This document shows, one piece after another, positions 1-11,042 of a DNA stretch of 64,000 nucleotides; within the stretch, counting starts at the first letter, position 1; every line of letters starts with the position of its first letter. The DNA is from Antedon mediterranea (taxonomy: Eukaryota > Animalia > Echinodermata). Under the pieces are notes generated by a model. The model did no database searches and had not been told where the DNA came from. It worked only from the letters and a program-made list of their open reading frames with translations. The DNA is taken from the NCBI RefSeq assembly GCF_964355755.1, contig NC_092675.1, forward strand, positions 17,518,912 to 17,582,911, read 5' to 3'. Made by a program: the position numbers and the translations under genes.

Positions 1-96
1 AGTTAGTGCCACAGATGTGAGAACCATCTCCATTGTGTTTGCTAATGTACGGGTTGCTGTGAATAACACAAACCAGTTTGTTAAATGTGCGATGAG
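1..96 (-). CDS. PIGB: PIGB coding exon 4 (partial)
   Basis: LIAHLTNWFVLFTATRTLANTMEMVLTSVALT. Confidence 0.9.
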
Positions 97-2604
97 CTAT
101 TACAGAATATTAAAGAAAATAACAAATAGCATTCACACACATTTAAAAAAACACCATAGTAGAGAATGTGAAAGCACCCTTATGCTATTCGTAGCACATA
201 CAGTATTCTATTGTCATGAAAGGATACGACAAGCAAGGCAATGTTTGGGCTGGTCAGGTTTTTGGCAAAAAGGTAAATATGAAGATCTCCAATAGCACTG
301 AAAACACCCTGAAGCATTCGAGGACTGTGGATCTAAGAAAACAAAATAATGCATTTAAATTTTTTAATTTGTAGAGTAAAAAACAGGTTTATAGTATATA
401 TCATAAAATAAACGTAGCCTAGGCATTTAAAGTATAGGCTACTGTCCAGTTATAAAGTATAAAGACCTCAACACAAACTCTTACCAGAAAAAGTGGAAAA
501 TCCAAATGTAGCAACTGCAAGATCTTAAACAGAACTGCAAAAATAAATGGATGGAGATATCCCCTTATGCCGATGTCCCATTCCCATGTGAGGTAGCCAT
601 ATGTAACTGAACGTTTAGGAAATAATAAGGTATTCCATTGGTACACATTGCCCATTTTATTTATAACTATCCTAATTGAAAAAAGTAGAAGTACATGTAG
701 TGAGGAAGAAGAAAATACATTTCTAAATAACAAAATTGGTGCTACTGACGTAGTTTTAACGTTATATGACCAACGGTTTGCATTCTATGTGGCTTGTCAT
801 GTCAATGGAAAGGTATGTAAGCTATATGTTAAGCTATCTAAATATTCCATTTATTTTTTTTTTTGAGCTATCAAGGGTGGGCCCTGCCTAAATTTCGGAA
901 ATAATTAATAAAATAAATTATATTTTTCCTAAACAATAAGTATATAAATATATTGCCTGTTTTCCTAGACGCATTGGAAATATGATTCTTAACACAAATA
1001 AACCCCCAAGCTCTGTAGATCTTGACAATCGGTGGTTCCCAAACAGAACATGCACATCTACCATACTCAGATGTGTGTTATGCATTTCCAACCATCTATG
1101 GGTATCATTTAATTAAAATTCGTTATTTTTGTATAAAACATTAAAATATTTTAATCTGAAATAGTCTTTTGCTCCATTTCAGCCTCACCATGGTTGGGGT
1201 TGAAAAAAAATGTTAGAAAATATGGGCCTTTAGTTAAAGATGTATTGTCCCTTTGACTAATTTTTTTTAATTATTTCGAAAAAAAGTGGGTCATTTTGAA
1301 GTATCATAATAGTTATTACCTTTCACCAAAAAATTAGTCGAAAAGAAAATCATTTAACTGAAATATAGACATTTTTTTGTTCAAAAAATAACTTTGACTT
1401 CCAGTCAAAGTTTTCGATCAAAACATATCTCATATGCAACGCGCTTGTTTGGCTACTCTGTATGCATAATCATAAAACTTCCTTGCGATCTGTGTGAAAA
1501 CACCTTCTCAAACCGCCGACGAGTTGTAAACAATCCTAATTAGCATCATGCATAATGCATACTCATGGTTTGAAATCTTTGTGTACTTTCGCTCGCGACG
1601 ATTTTCCAGCAAAATGTAATAAAATTAATTTATCGGTTAATTACGTAAACTTGTTGTTTTTGGCTCAAATTTTCGACTTAAAGTGAATAACTTTAATATT
1701 ACTTTGATATGGCCAATTTAAATCTAGAATATTTTGACCTTCATTTTTTGTGTTTCAAGGGACAATACATCTTTAACAATGTTGTTGGTCTGTACTGTAT
1801 AGTTTAGTTTATTTTATAGAGAGGTTAATTCCTTGATGTACTTGAAGTGCCTTCTCCTACAATAGAAACTTTCAGGAACAGTTTTATTTACAGGGCACCA
1901 TTAAATACATGTATGCTTCCCTAAATGCGGTGTCACTAAATTAGTTTAAGTCTGTTTAAACAAGTATTGGATACTGAAATAAAAATTGATATGTAGTGTA
2001 TAGTATATTTTTGTATAGTTAGAATAGATAGAATAGAATCAGTAATAATTTAAGAAGCACAAATGAAATGAAAATAACATCTCACTAGATCTAGAATATT
2101 GTTATCTAGAATAAGTGATTTTAAGATTGTCTATTGATGTTTACCACACTTGGTGGGTAATTGGTTATAACCACTTGTTATTGTCAGGATCTTTTTTCCC
2201 CAATTTTTTTTCTCTAAAACTTGGAAACAGGGGGTGAGTGTTCGCTGTGGATTAAGGGGGTTTCGCTTTAACCATAAACACACCCCAGGTAATTTTTAAG
2301 GGTGGGTACGAAACTACATTACCTTCTTGCCAACAGTTCAACATGTAAAAGGATATTTGAAGACCATTTTGTGAGCAACCTCCACCGATTGCCAATACTC
2401 ATCAGGAACAAACCAAGTCTGTACAAACAATGCATTCACAAACCGAAAAACAACCAACAGCAAGAGCAAACGATGCCATCCCAACTTCTCTAACATGATG
2501 GCGACAACTGTAAGACTAGAACTAGTAGGTTTCATACTCCATTTGTCATCAGGCTGTTGAGTTAGCAATGTTTCTGTTTGGTGCTGTTGTGGTCGTCTTG
2601 CCAT
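1..2604 (-). CDS. PIGB: GPI mannosyltransferase 3 (PIG-B/Gpi10), 5' part; coding exons 2357-2604, 485-602, 228-332, 1-96 (continues past window edge)
   Basis: Spliced translation ...FRFVNALFVQTWFVPDEYWQSVEVAHKMVFK|YGYLTWEW...RGYLHPFIF...|IHSPRMLQGVFSAIGD...|LIAHLTNWF...TRTLANTMEMVLT matches the PIG-B family motifs (FVPDEYWQSxEV, YGYLTWEW, TRTLxNTME). Splice phases are consistent. Confidence 0.96.
97..227 (-). other. U12-type GT-AG intron of PIGB
   Basis: 5'ss GTATCCTTT at 227; U12-like branch TTTTCTTTAAT (119-109) close to the AG (98-97); no long pyrimidine tract next to the AG. Confidence 0.88.
228..332 (-). CDS. PIGB: PIGB coding exon 3
   Basis: IHSPRMLQGVFSAIGDLHIY...IALLV; TTCTTAG acceptor; U12 donor GTATCCTTT. 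Confidence 0.9.
485..602 (-). CDS. PIGB: PIGB coding exon 2
   Basis: YGYLTWEWDIGIRGYLHPFIF...; AC acceptor, GTAAGA donor. Confidence 0.93.
603..2356 (-). other. U12-type AT-AC intron of PIGB
   Basis: 5'ss ATATCCTTTT at 2356; branch site TTTCCTAAAC (622-613) 10 nt before the terminal AC (604-603); joining restores the in-frame F-K-Y-G-Y. Confidence 0.93.
1238..1772. mobile_element. Non-autonomous DNA transposon (Kolobok-like MITE) with TTAA TSD
   Basis: TIR AGATGTATTGTCCC...GGGACAATACATCT flanked by TTAA on both sides; a second, inverted copy lies at 36681-37154. Confidence 0.85.
2357..2604 (-). CDS. PIGB: PIGB coding exon 1
   Basis: ATG at 2604; MARRPQQ...PDEYWQSVEVAHKMVF; ends at the U12 donor ATATCCTTTT. 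Confidence 0.9.
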
Positions 2605-2979
2605 ACTAAAGCAAAGAATATATATCACAAGAATGAGTAATCTGCGGTTTCCCCTGTAACAGTAATATTGTTCATGCGGTAGGGCGCCTCCATAAGTATA
2701 CAACTTTTGTGACGGTCACACTAATCTAAGCCTGGACCACCAGTAGTGCTTCCATGATAAAAAATGTTATCAACTACATGTTAACATCATATTAAATATT
2801 AAATGCTAGTTGGATATTTAATTGTTTGTTTTATGCAATTTATTTAGTAAAACTGCCGAATAGACAGTTCATGTGAACTACCGGTCGTTGGCCTTCCTTT
2901 GTGAACTAATTTAGCATGGTATAGTAAATAATTTTCTGTAGAAGAGAAATTTTTTTTTTAAATATCAATCCGCGCGTGA

Positions 2980-2998
2980 TGCATGTTGGGATTTATAG
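2980..2998 (+). promoter_or_regulatory. ZNF143/Staf (SBS)-like motif upstream of PIGB
   Basis: TGCATGTTGGGATTTATAG resembles TGCATGCTGGGAnTTGTAGT; next to CGCGCG and ~380 bp upstream of the PIGB ATG. Confidence 0.45.
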
Positions 2999-3153
2999 AA
3001 GGCCGCTAACATTATTAGAATTGACATAATTTTCACAAATTTTATAGGTTCATATGGTTTTTTTGTGTGACCTTAAATTAGGTCCAAAAAAAATCCCAAA
3101 AATGTAGGTCTAGTGTTTTAATATACCTGAAGATAAATATTAATGTACGTGAT

Positions 3154-3258
3154 GCAACTACAAGATCTTAAACAGAACTGCAAAAATAAATGGATGGAGA
3201 TATCCCCTTATGCCGATGTCCCATTCCCATGTGAGGTAGCTGAACGTTTAGGAAATAA
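3154..3258 (-). pseudogene. Duplicated fragment of PIGB exon 2 plus U12 branch site
   Basis: Near-identical to 511-625 except one substitution and a 10-bp deletion (CATATGTAAC). Confidence 0.9.
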
Positions 3259-3599
3259 CCAACATAAAATGTAGTGTGTGACCTTAAATTAGGTAAAAAA
3301 AATGTAGGTCTCTAGTGTTTTAATATAGATGTTTTCATACTGTTTTTGGATTTTTTTAATTGGTTTTATTAAATTAATAGCATTTATTTGAGTTTTTGCG
3401 TGACTTTATGACTAAATAACACTGATAGTAGGGTACCGTAGGCCTCCCCACGGATATTTTTTTCTTGATATATCTTACCAATAATGAACTCATATATCAC
3501 AAACATTATATAATTATGGCCTAGAAGCCACTATATTATTTCATATAAATTATGGTGAATGCACAAAACTTCGGAGCCTTACAAGCATAATAAGGTTAT

Positions 3600-5013
3600 C
3601 TATATATAAATTTACGTAAGGGCAAAATTCGGTAAATCGCGCCTTATTTCTAGAATGTTTACTCGATGGTATATAAAGTTGGTTCGTACTTTCGGTACTG
3701 ATTTTAACCACCTGATGTAACCCTGTTTACTAATTAAATTGAGTTCGATAATTAGTTATTGACGATTAAAACGAATTTAGGTTCAACGATTTGCCCCAAA
3801 TAGGGGTATTTTTCGATCGTGGTATACACTGTCTAATGGATGTCCGGCTTGAAAAATACCCGCAGACAATAATACGAGGATGCTTCGCATTTTCCTATCT
3901 CCTCCTACGATAATTGTTTTTAATGGCTGAAAACCGGTTGAACAGCTCGAGTACAGCATCATAATGTTGAAGACAGGCCGATTTTCTTAAAAAAATACTA
4001 TTTTGATAGATTTAATATACGTTTATACAAATGTATTGATTTGCGATGAATGGAACATTCCAATCTCTGTTCCTCAAGTGTTTATTCCCTCAGGCGTCGT
4101 AAAGGCAAGTGCTGTATACTCATAACAGAAATTCGATCCATTTTTTTTTTCAATCTGTGCAGTGGTTAGATATACATTTTTTTAAACGGATAATGAGCTA
4201 GAGTTTTCACTCGCCGTATATTATGTACAAATCTTTATTATTGCAATTAAACCACCCACATCATCACCCTTCTCTCACTGGCATGAGTAGCGTTGTAAAA
4301 CCAGTAGAGGATAGGCCTACGGTACATCACATGCCCTAACGCAGAACAACTTTGGTGGGTAGGGTAGGAACCAACTTAAGTATGAATTGGCTCTAAGAAA
4401 AAATTGAAAACCATTAGGCCTACTTATTAAGTTGAGTTAGATAATTTAATATTTATTGACGATTACATCGAATTTATGATTTTTCCCGAATAGAGGTGGT
4501 TTTCACAAATTGTTTTACATTATATAAACATATACACGTCGTAGTGATGTATCGTTACATGTACTGTACTATTTCAATCGACTTGGACGGTGATAGTTTC
4601 AACAAAGTATTACATCGCAATGTTTTACTGTGTTTAGTGGTATATTATTTGTAAAACATGAAAACAATTAATATTTCGTTACTAAATAGATAAAGAATAT
4701 ATTTAATTTTTCCTCTTTGCACCCATCCTCTTCACATACAAAACACAAATTAAGTTTGTTTAAATTTGACTTAAACAATTGGTCTCATTTTGTGACAAGT
4801 TTCTCTTTCGGAATTAATTCCCAGGGTGCTAATTTTAGTTGAGTACATAAATCACATTGTCTATTTATTCGTTCCTGTAAACGACATGTATTTGTCCTGC
4901 GATACGTACATTTGAAATCGCCAGTTTTTTAACGCTGAAATTATTATGTATTTGAGAACCATCTGTGGGCACGACCTAGATGGTACGCGAGCGAAGCGAG
5001 CGTACCATCTAGT
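3600..5013 (+). mobile_element. Helentron/Helitron2-like non-autonomous element (5' boundary approximate)
   Basis: 3' hairpin CTAGATGGTACGCGAGCGAAGCGAGCGTACCATCTAG followed by TT; segments 3607-3714 and 4765-4965 recur, joined together, at 63300-63613. Confidence 0.6.
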
Positions 5014-7059
5014 TCAATGCAATTTATAGATAACATTAACAATAATTGTTTTGTTTTTTTTCCAATAAAAAAAATTTTGTAGCCCTAAATTCGTATTAAA
5101 TCTTAATTTTACAGTCATGACTCATATTATTGTACAGTTGTATCGTGCGAGGCGCCCTTGAAATATTGTCATTGATCGAATAGAGGAAGTGTGATATCTT
5201 CCTATGTAGTAGATTAGTAAACTAGTAGATACACTATCTTTGATATCTATTAAATCAAGTCTTCTTCAGTCTGTATACATCCACCCTTATGAGGGCGGGC
5301 ATCCAGGCTCTATATTACAAATTCTAATGCAAAAATCGCCGATTACTTATTATAGTAGGGCGGCCAATGTGAGCTTTTTCATCATGGGGGGCATTTTCTG
5401 TTAATAGCAGGCAACCATGTGGAATATATCCCTTATGGGATGACAAAAAAGATAGGGGTGGATGCCACTCTCAAATTTTAGGTCAAAGGTCATTTTCAAT
5501 GTTATAAGGTCAAATATGGTAAAATATGGTAAAATAGAGGTTTAAGCTGTTTTCAACAACGTATAAGCTAATTAAAAGAAATGTAACCATTATTGGATCA
5601 TTATTGACATTGCTGTAGATGGTCAAGTTCATTAATTTTTCAACTTACAAGTTTAAAGGTCATTTTCAAGGTCATAAGGTCAAATAGAGCACAGTCCTGT
5701 TAATTATCGGTATTAATAATTGAAATAAATATAATTTTCATGATAGCCTGTGGCTGATGGTTATAGTGTGGTGTCAAAAAGACCAGAATTATACTGGGAA
5801 GATTTTAAACTTTTTGAGTCACTCCTGGAAGGTGTTCAAGGGATGGAGAGGATGAGTTCTAGAGTATCAAAATAACCGAAATTGGAGGCCTACTAGAATG
5901 TCTTAAATTTCATTTAAAAACGGTCACAGAGGGTTTGTAGGTTGGGAGTAATGGGCAGCATGGGCACATGCCAATATCCGAAATTTTTCTGGGATGGAAG
6001 GAGGTGAACGCTCTGAGGTGGGAATTTCTTCCAGCACTGATATAATGCCTACTGGTCATCTGGGTAACGGCAAACGATTGAATCACAACCACATGCATGC
6101 TTTCGGTAACAACTTCTTCTGGCTCTTTAGTTTACATACACATGTAACAAGTTCCAAACTGAAAACTGGGTTAGGGGCTTCCAAACGACCCGATTCATTT
6201 AGGCCACATACTGATCTCTGCCTGATAGTTGGCTCGTATGTTTAGGTTCTGTCTGTCTGTATTCACCATAAGTGAGTTTTTTAAATTTTAAATGTTTCCC
6301 TATGTGGAAATACAGTACTTAAGATTAGTACATTGGGACTATCCTTTCAATCGTGTTACTGCTTTTATCCAATGTAATGATCAAATACAACGAAATATCT
6401 AGGTAACTTGCATAAATACTTGCATAGTCACCAAATGTTTTACAGCCATGTTTACTGAATCCTATAGTGCATGACCATCATGTTTTTAAGTTTTCTTCTG
6501 GAACATCTGTGGGTATTTCAACGCCATCCATCAACATATGTGAAGTCATATTTGGTTAAAGATATTAAAATTGGGCTATGATCATACTTCAATGGTTGAT
6601 CAGCAGATTTTCTTTCTTTTTTTTGTTTTTATATACTTTATAGAAACAGTTGCCTATAGAAATCCGCAAAGGTTTAGAGCGATGCTTTCTTAGTGGCTCC
6701 TCAAGTTTTAAGTTCTATTGTTTTTTTTCTTTTAATAAGTTGTTACTTTAAATATAAGATCTTCCTTATCATCTGTCAGGTCGAAAGTGTATTATGTGTG
6801 ATTCGTGATCATGTCACGCAGAACCTATCAATGAATTACAGCGTTTCATGTTATACCAATGATTCTATTTTGAATCTATCAATCATCCACTCAGTATTTA
6901 GAACATTTGGTTAGTTTAGATAGGTAAACTTGTTTACCCTTTTAACCTCATTTCTACAACGAATCCAATCGGTTTTTAAATGTGTTGATGATTTCAGAAA
7001 TGACGACTTCGGTTGGCAAACTATTCAATATATAATTACTAATTGTGAAAAAGTGGATC

Positions 7060-7400
7060 TCCTATCAGTCCTTTGTAAAATTTAGGAAAAGTCTAAGCTG
7101 ATGTCCTCGTGTATTTCTGCTTAGATTGCATCTCATTTAAAGGAAACCTTTTGAAAATTGTCAATCAAGTCACCACGAATACGTCTGTCATACAGTGTTG
7201 TTAGGCCAAAAAACGATCTTCATATGAATAAGAATTGATAGCTGGAATTTGATTTGTCGCATGACGTTGTCCTCTTACAATCCGTTTATGTCTTTTTTGG
7301 AGATATGGATTCCATACCTGGACACAGTACGCAATGTAATGTTTGTAAATAGCGTTAAAACAGTCTTTATCCATGTGTATAAAAGACCTCTTAATTTTTA
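7060..7400 (-). mobile_element. CR1-type LINE 3' RT fragment inside the Academ element
   Basis: YCVQVWNPYLQK...QRHATNQIP...SYEDR, RRIRGDL and TRGH motifs typical of the CR1/L2 ORF2 C-terminus. Confidence 0.75.
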
Positions 7401-7800
7401 TATCTGTTATCACCGTCAGCCACGATAGCATAGATGTGAAGGCCCCAAGAAGGAGAACCCATTTACCACTCCTTCCAACCTTGATAAAGTCCAATAGTTA
7501 GGGTTTTTGAAAACAAAGACTTGATACCCACGTTTCTCTTTCGAGATTTCTTGAAACACCAAACTTCAACAAAAACTTGTATCATTGAAAGAATGAAAAA
7601 AATGTTTAAATAATTACATTATAGGGGGTCTCTGACCCAAACAAAAACATCTTGACATTAGGTCATATAGGGGGTCTCTGTTTTCGAAATTTTTCTTAAA
7701 CAAATTTCTAAATAAATCATGAATAATACCACAAAACTTGCGAGTTAGGATGACTATAACGAGGCATTTAATAAAAAGGCAAATTGCCTTAAAATGCAAA

Positions 7801-7840
7801 TGTGACATGTTTCGAGAAACTATTCTCATCATCAGAACAG
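7801..7840 (-). ncRNA. Minimal hammerhead ribozyme motif in Penelope 3' pLTR
   Basis: CTGATGA-TGAGA-ATAGTT-TCTC-GAAA-CATG-TC: core boxes, stem II, palindromic minimal stem III; stem I is short and imperfect. Confidence 0.7.
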
Positions 7841-8453
7841 TAAACAACGCCTAGAGTGCTTATATACCAATAGGACATATTGTATGTAAATAAGTAAGTA
7901 ATTAGCATAATAAAACAAGGAATGTAGGTAACAACCAATCATATGGCAAGTGTGACGCCTAAGTTATAGATTTGTTTCAAAGAAGGTTTACTCCACGAGA
8001 TGTGGAGGGCTTCCTTGACCTTAAGTTTAAAAGCGGAATCTGCAGAATCCAGAACGGTGAAGCAACCCGCATTAGCGAGGGCCTTACACCGTTCTGAATC
8101 CTGCAGATGTTGAAAAATGTGAGAAGCCTTGTCCCTGAAATGTTCACGCACCCGCATTGATAACCGTCTATTGGTTTCACCAATATACATGGAATTACAT
8201 CCCATACATTTAAATTTATATACAACACAAGAGCGGAACACATCAGAGACAGGGTCCTTAAGACTAAACAAGTTTGAAATTTTGAATGATTTGAAAGCTA
8301 ATTTAATATTAATACCTTTGCAATATTTACGTGTAATTTTGTCGATTCTTTGTTGTGCGCATTTGGCAAACTGTAAGTTTTATTATGCTAATTACTTACT
8401 TATTTACATACAATATGTCCTATTGGTATTATAAGCACTCTAGGCGTTGTTTA

Positions 8454-8493
8454 CTGTTCTGATGATGAGAATAGTTTCTCGAAACATGTCACA
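8454..8493 (+). ncRNA. Minimal hammerhead ribozyme motif in inverted pLTR copy
   Basis: Same motif as 7801-7840 on the opposite strand (CTGATGA 8459-8465, GAAA 8481-8484). Confidence 0.7.
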
Positions 8494-9663
8494 TTTACAT
8501 TTTAAGGCAATTTGCCTTTTTATTAAAATTTCTAAATATTATTACATTATTATAGGTAATATTAATAATTTTTCTAAAAACAAATTTCTAAATATTATTA
8601 CATTATTATAGGTAATATTAATAATATTATAGTAAAAGACCAATCTTTTGGCACATATGGCGTTTCATACATATTACACTTGACCTATTTTTTTCCCGAC
8701 AAAAATAAAACGATGACTGGTGGAAAACATAAAAAAGACAAATTTACAACAGACTGGGAAAAGCCTATTAAAAAACTGTGTGTACTTTACAGAAATATGT
8801 GAAAACAACATTTTGAGAAAATGACACTTTTATATTTAATTTCCAATGTTTTTATGTGTAAAATAAAATGTTTATCTCATAATTACTATAATATGAAGCA
8901 TCAGTTGATCTTTAAATATAATTTAATTTTTTGGAATATATCTGATGATGTAGATGATTTTCCATGAATAAAAAAAAATCCTATATTCTGACCTTGTTTG
9001 ACCACATAAACTGACCTTAAAACCCAAAACTGAAGATGGCATCCACCCCTATCGTTTTTGCCACCCTACCAGGGAGTTGTTATTAGACAACAACTCCCTG
9101 ACCCTACAAAGGATACATTCAACATGGTTGCCTGCTATTAACAAAAAATTCCCCCCAAACTTTTTATAGAGGACTTTTTTTGTGTATTTGGCCTCTCTAC
9201 TATTACGTGATATTCTTTGACCATCCATGTATGGCAATGTAAGAGATACCTACTAGCTGGTAGGCCTATTATAGGCATGATTTATATTACTTACATTACT
9301 GTAGTTTACAGCCTTACTATTACTACAAAGTTACTAACATACAGTATAATCAAAGCGCCGAAGAACCTAGGCCTAGCCTAGTAGGCTAGACCTATTATTA
9401 GTAATAGTATACTGTATAGGCCTAGGCTAGGCCTAGGCCTAGGCCTATACATTTAAAGAGACGAATCTCCTCTCGGTCCATTTTGCGTTCAAAACACTGT
9501 CGTATCGGGCCAAAATCGGTCCGATTTTATTTGGACCATATCAACTCGAAAACTCGGTCAACACTCATTATTCTACAGCCAAAATTACCCCAGAAAAAAT
9601 AGGTGAAGTAAATTCTGCAAAAATTGAGACATATACCTCAAATACGACTGGAATTCCTAATGT

Positions 9664-10071
9664 CAAAGAACTTATAACACAAGAATCTCCTGTTCTTCAA
9701 TTTGCATTCAAAACACAGTATCGGAAGTACAGGGTTAAAAGGTCAAACTGGGCGACGCCATTTCACAGCATGGAGCAGCGCCCCCTCCAAACTAGGAAGT
9801 CAATTACTCTACCCCTCTAGAGTATTAGCAGATCCCCTCTATGATTTTGACTTTCTAATTTGATGCGGGCGCCCTACTCCTCAGTCAATTACTCTATCCC
9901 CCTAGAGCATTAGCAGATCCCCTCTATGATTTTGACTTTCTAATTTGATGCGGGCGCCCTACTCCATGGCTCACAATGGCGCCACCCATAGCTCTATTCT
10001 ATCCCACAATGCCTTTCGAAATTGTTACGCGCTTCGGACGAACAGGAGATTCTTGTGTTATAAGTTCTTTG
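9664..10071. mobile_element. P-element-like MITE
   Basis: TIR CAAAGAACTTATAACACAAGAATCTCCTGTTC; 7-bp TSD CTAATGT; internal ~84-bp tandem duplication. Confidence 0.85.
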
Positions 10072-10779
10072 CTAATGTTTATATTTTTATAAATCCAAAG
10101 GCAAATTTGTTAGAGCGCCCTCAATGGCTAAGAGCAAAAAAAGCGGGGAAGAAGCACATCATGGTTTTTTTTTTTTAATTACAGCAGTAGGTACGGGTAT
10201 AGCCTAGTCTATATTATTATTATTATTACACAATACTGTATTACAAAGTAAGTTTGCCAGAGGGTCAGAAAATCGCTGCAATGTGGTTGGCCAAATATTT
10301 TATGCTGTAAAACTTTTAAAAATTTATATTTTGTGCATATGTACGGAAGCCCGTTCGGGCCACAAGTTATTACTATATTTTAAAAGCTGTTATCTGGCGG
10401 CCGCCACTTAATTATCTGGCGGCCGCCACTTAATTATCTGGCGGCCGCCACTTAATTATCTGGCGGCCGCCACTTAATTATCTGGCGGCCGCCACTTAAT
10501 TATCTGGCGGCCGCCACTTAATTATCTGGCGGCCGCCACTTAATTATCTGGCGGCCGCCACTTAATTATCTGGCGGCCGCCACTTAATTATCTGCTGGCC
10601 GCCACTTAATTATCTGGCGGCCGCCACTTAATTATCTGGCGGCCGCCACTTAATAATTAGTACATGTCCCATCACGTGACATGTACGTGCATTGGATCAG
10701 AGGCGATGTTGCATGCAATAAAATATGGAACGCCAGTAATCTCTTCACATGCGGTGACGTCATGCTCTCAAACTATTTC

Positions 10780-11032
10780 ATTATGCTCTTATACCGCACA
10801 CCATTATCTTATACTCATTCCTAATGCTCTTATGTGCATAACTAATGCTCTTATACTCATTCTTAATGCTCTTATACTCTTTCTTAATGCTCTTATACTC
10901 TTTCTTAATGCTCTTATACTCTTTCTTATGCTCTTATAATCTTTCTTAATGTTTTTATACTCTTTCTTAAAGCTCAAATACTCTTTCGTCATGCTCTTAT
11001 GTGACTTTCCATGCTCTTATACTCTTTCGTCA
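10780..11032. repeat. 21-bp minisatellite (ATGCTCTTATACTCTTTCTTA)n inside the foldback element
   Basis: Visible tandem units; explains the spurious ORFs 10664-10939 and 10804-10992. Confidence 0.85.
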
Positions 11033-11042
11033 TTCTAAATTA

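Larger units (their letters stand above)
7768..8527 (-). mobile_element. Penelope-like retroelement, 5'-truncated, GIY-YIG endonuclease with inverted pLTR
   Basis: ORF 7939-8271 (extendable to ~8376) VVYKFKC..C...YIGETNRRL..RVREH...LKVKEALHI...KPSL; a ~150-bp terminal repeat at 7768-7917 is repeated inverted at 8377-8527. Confidence 0.92.
5353..9202 (-). mobile_element. Decayed Academ DNA transposon with nested insertions
   Basis: TAG...CTA termini; long imperfect TIRs (5353-5470 vs 9035-9202); 3-bp TSD TTA. Minus-strand peptide remnants LLDFIKVGRSGKWVLLLGAFTSMLSWL, DGHAL...KTFGDYA, VVFDHY...IKAVTRLK, IRANYQAEI and a Cys cluster resemble the Academ transposase/XPG-like protein. Confidence 0.8.

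Noticed and set aside
17-295. Short plus-strand ORFs antisense to PIGB/MYO9 exons and other ORFs under 110 aa in the track
   Set aside because: They are antisense shadows, repeat-derived or AT-rich chance ORFs without recognisable domains.
9360-9450. TAGGCCTA cluster as a regulatory element
   Set aside because: A low-complexity motif scattered through the whole window, with no specific evidence of function.
10390-10655. Cloning-linker/NotI adaptor concatemer artefact
   Set aside because: The arrays are mirrored inside matching TIRs and contain diverged units, which fits a natural foldback element.
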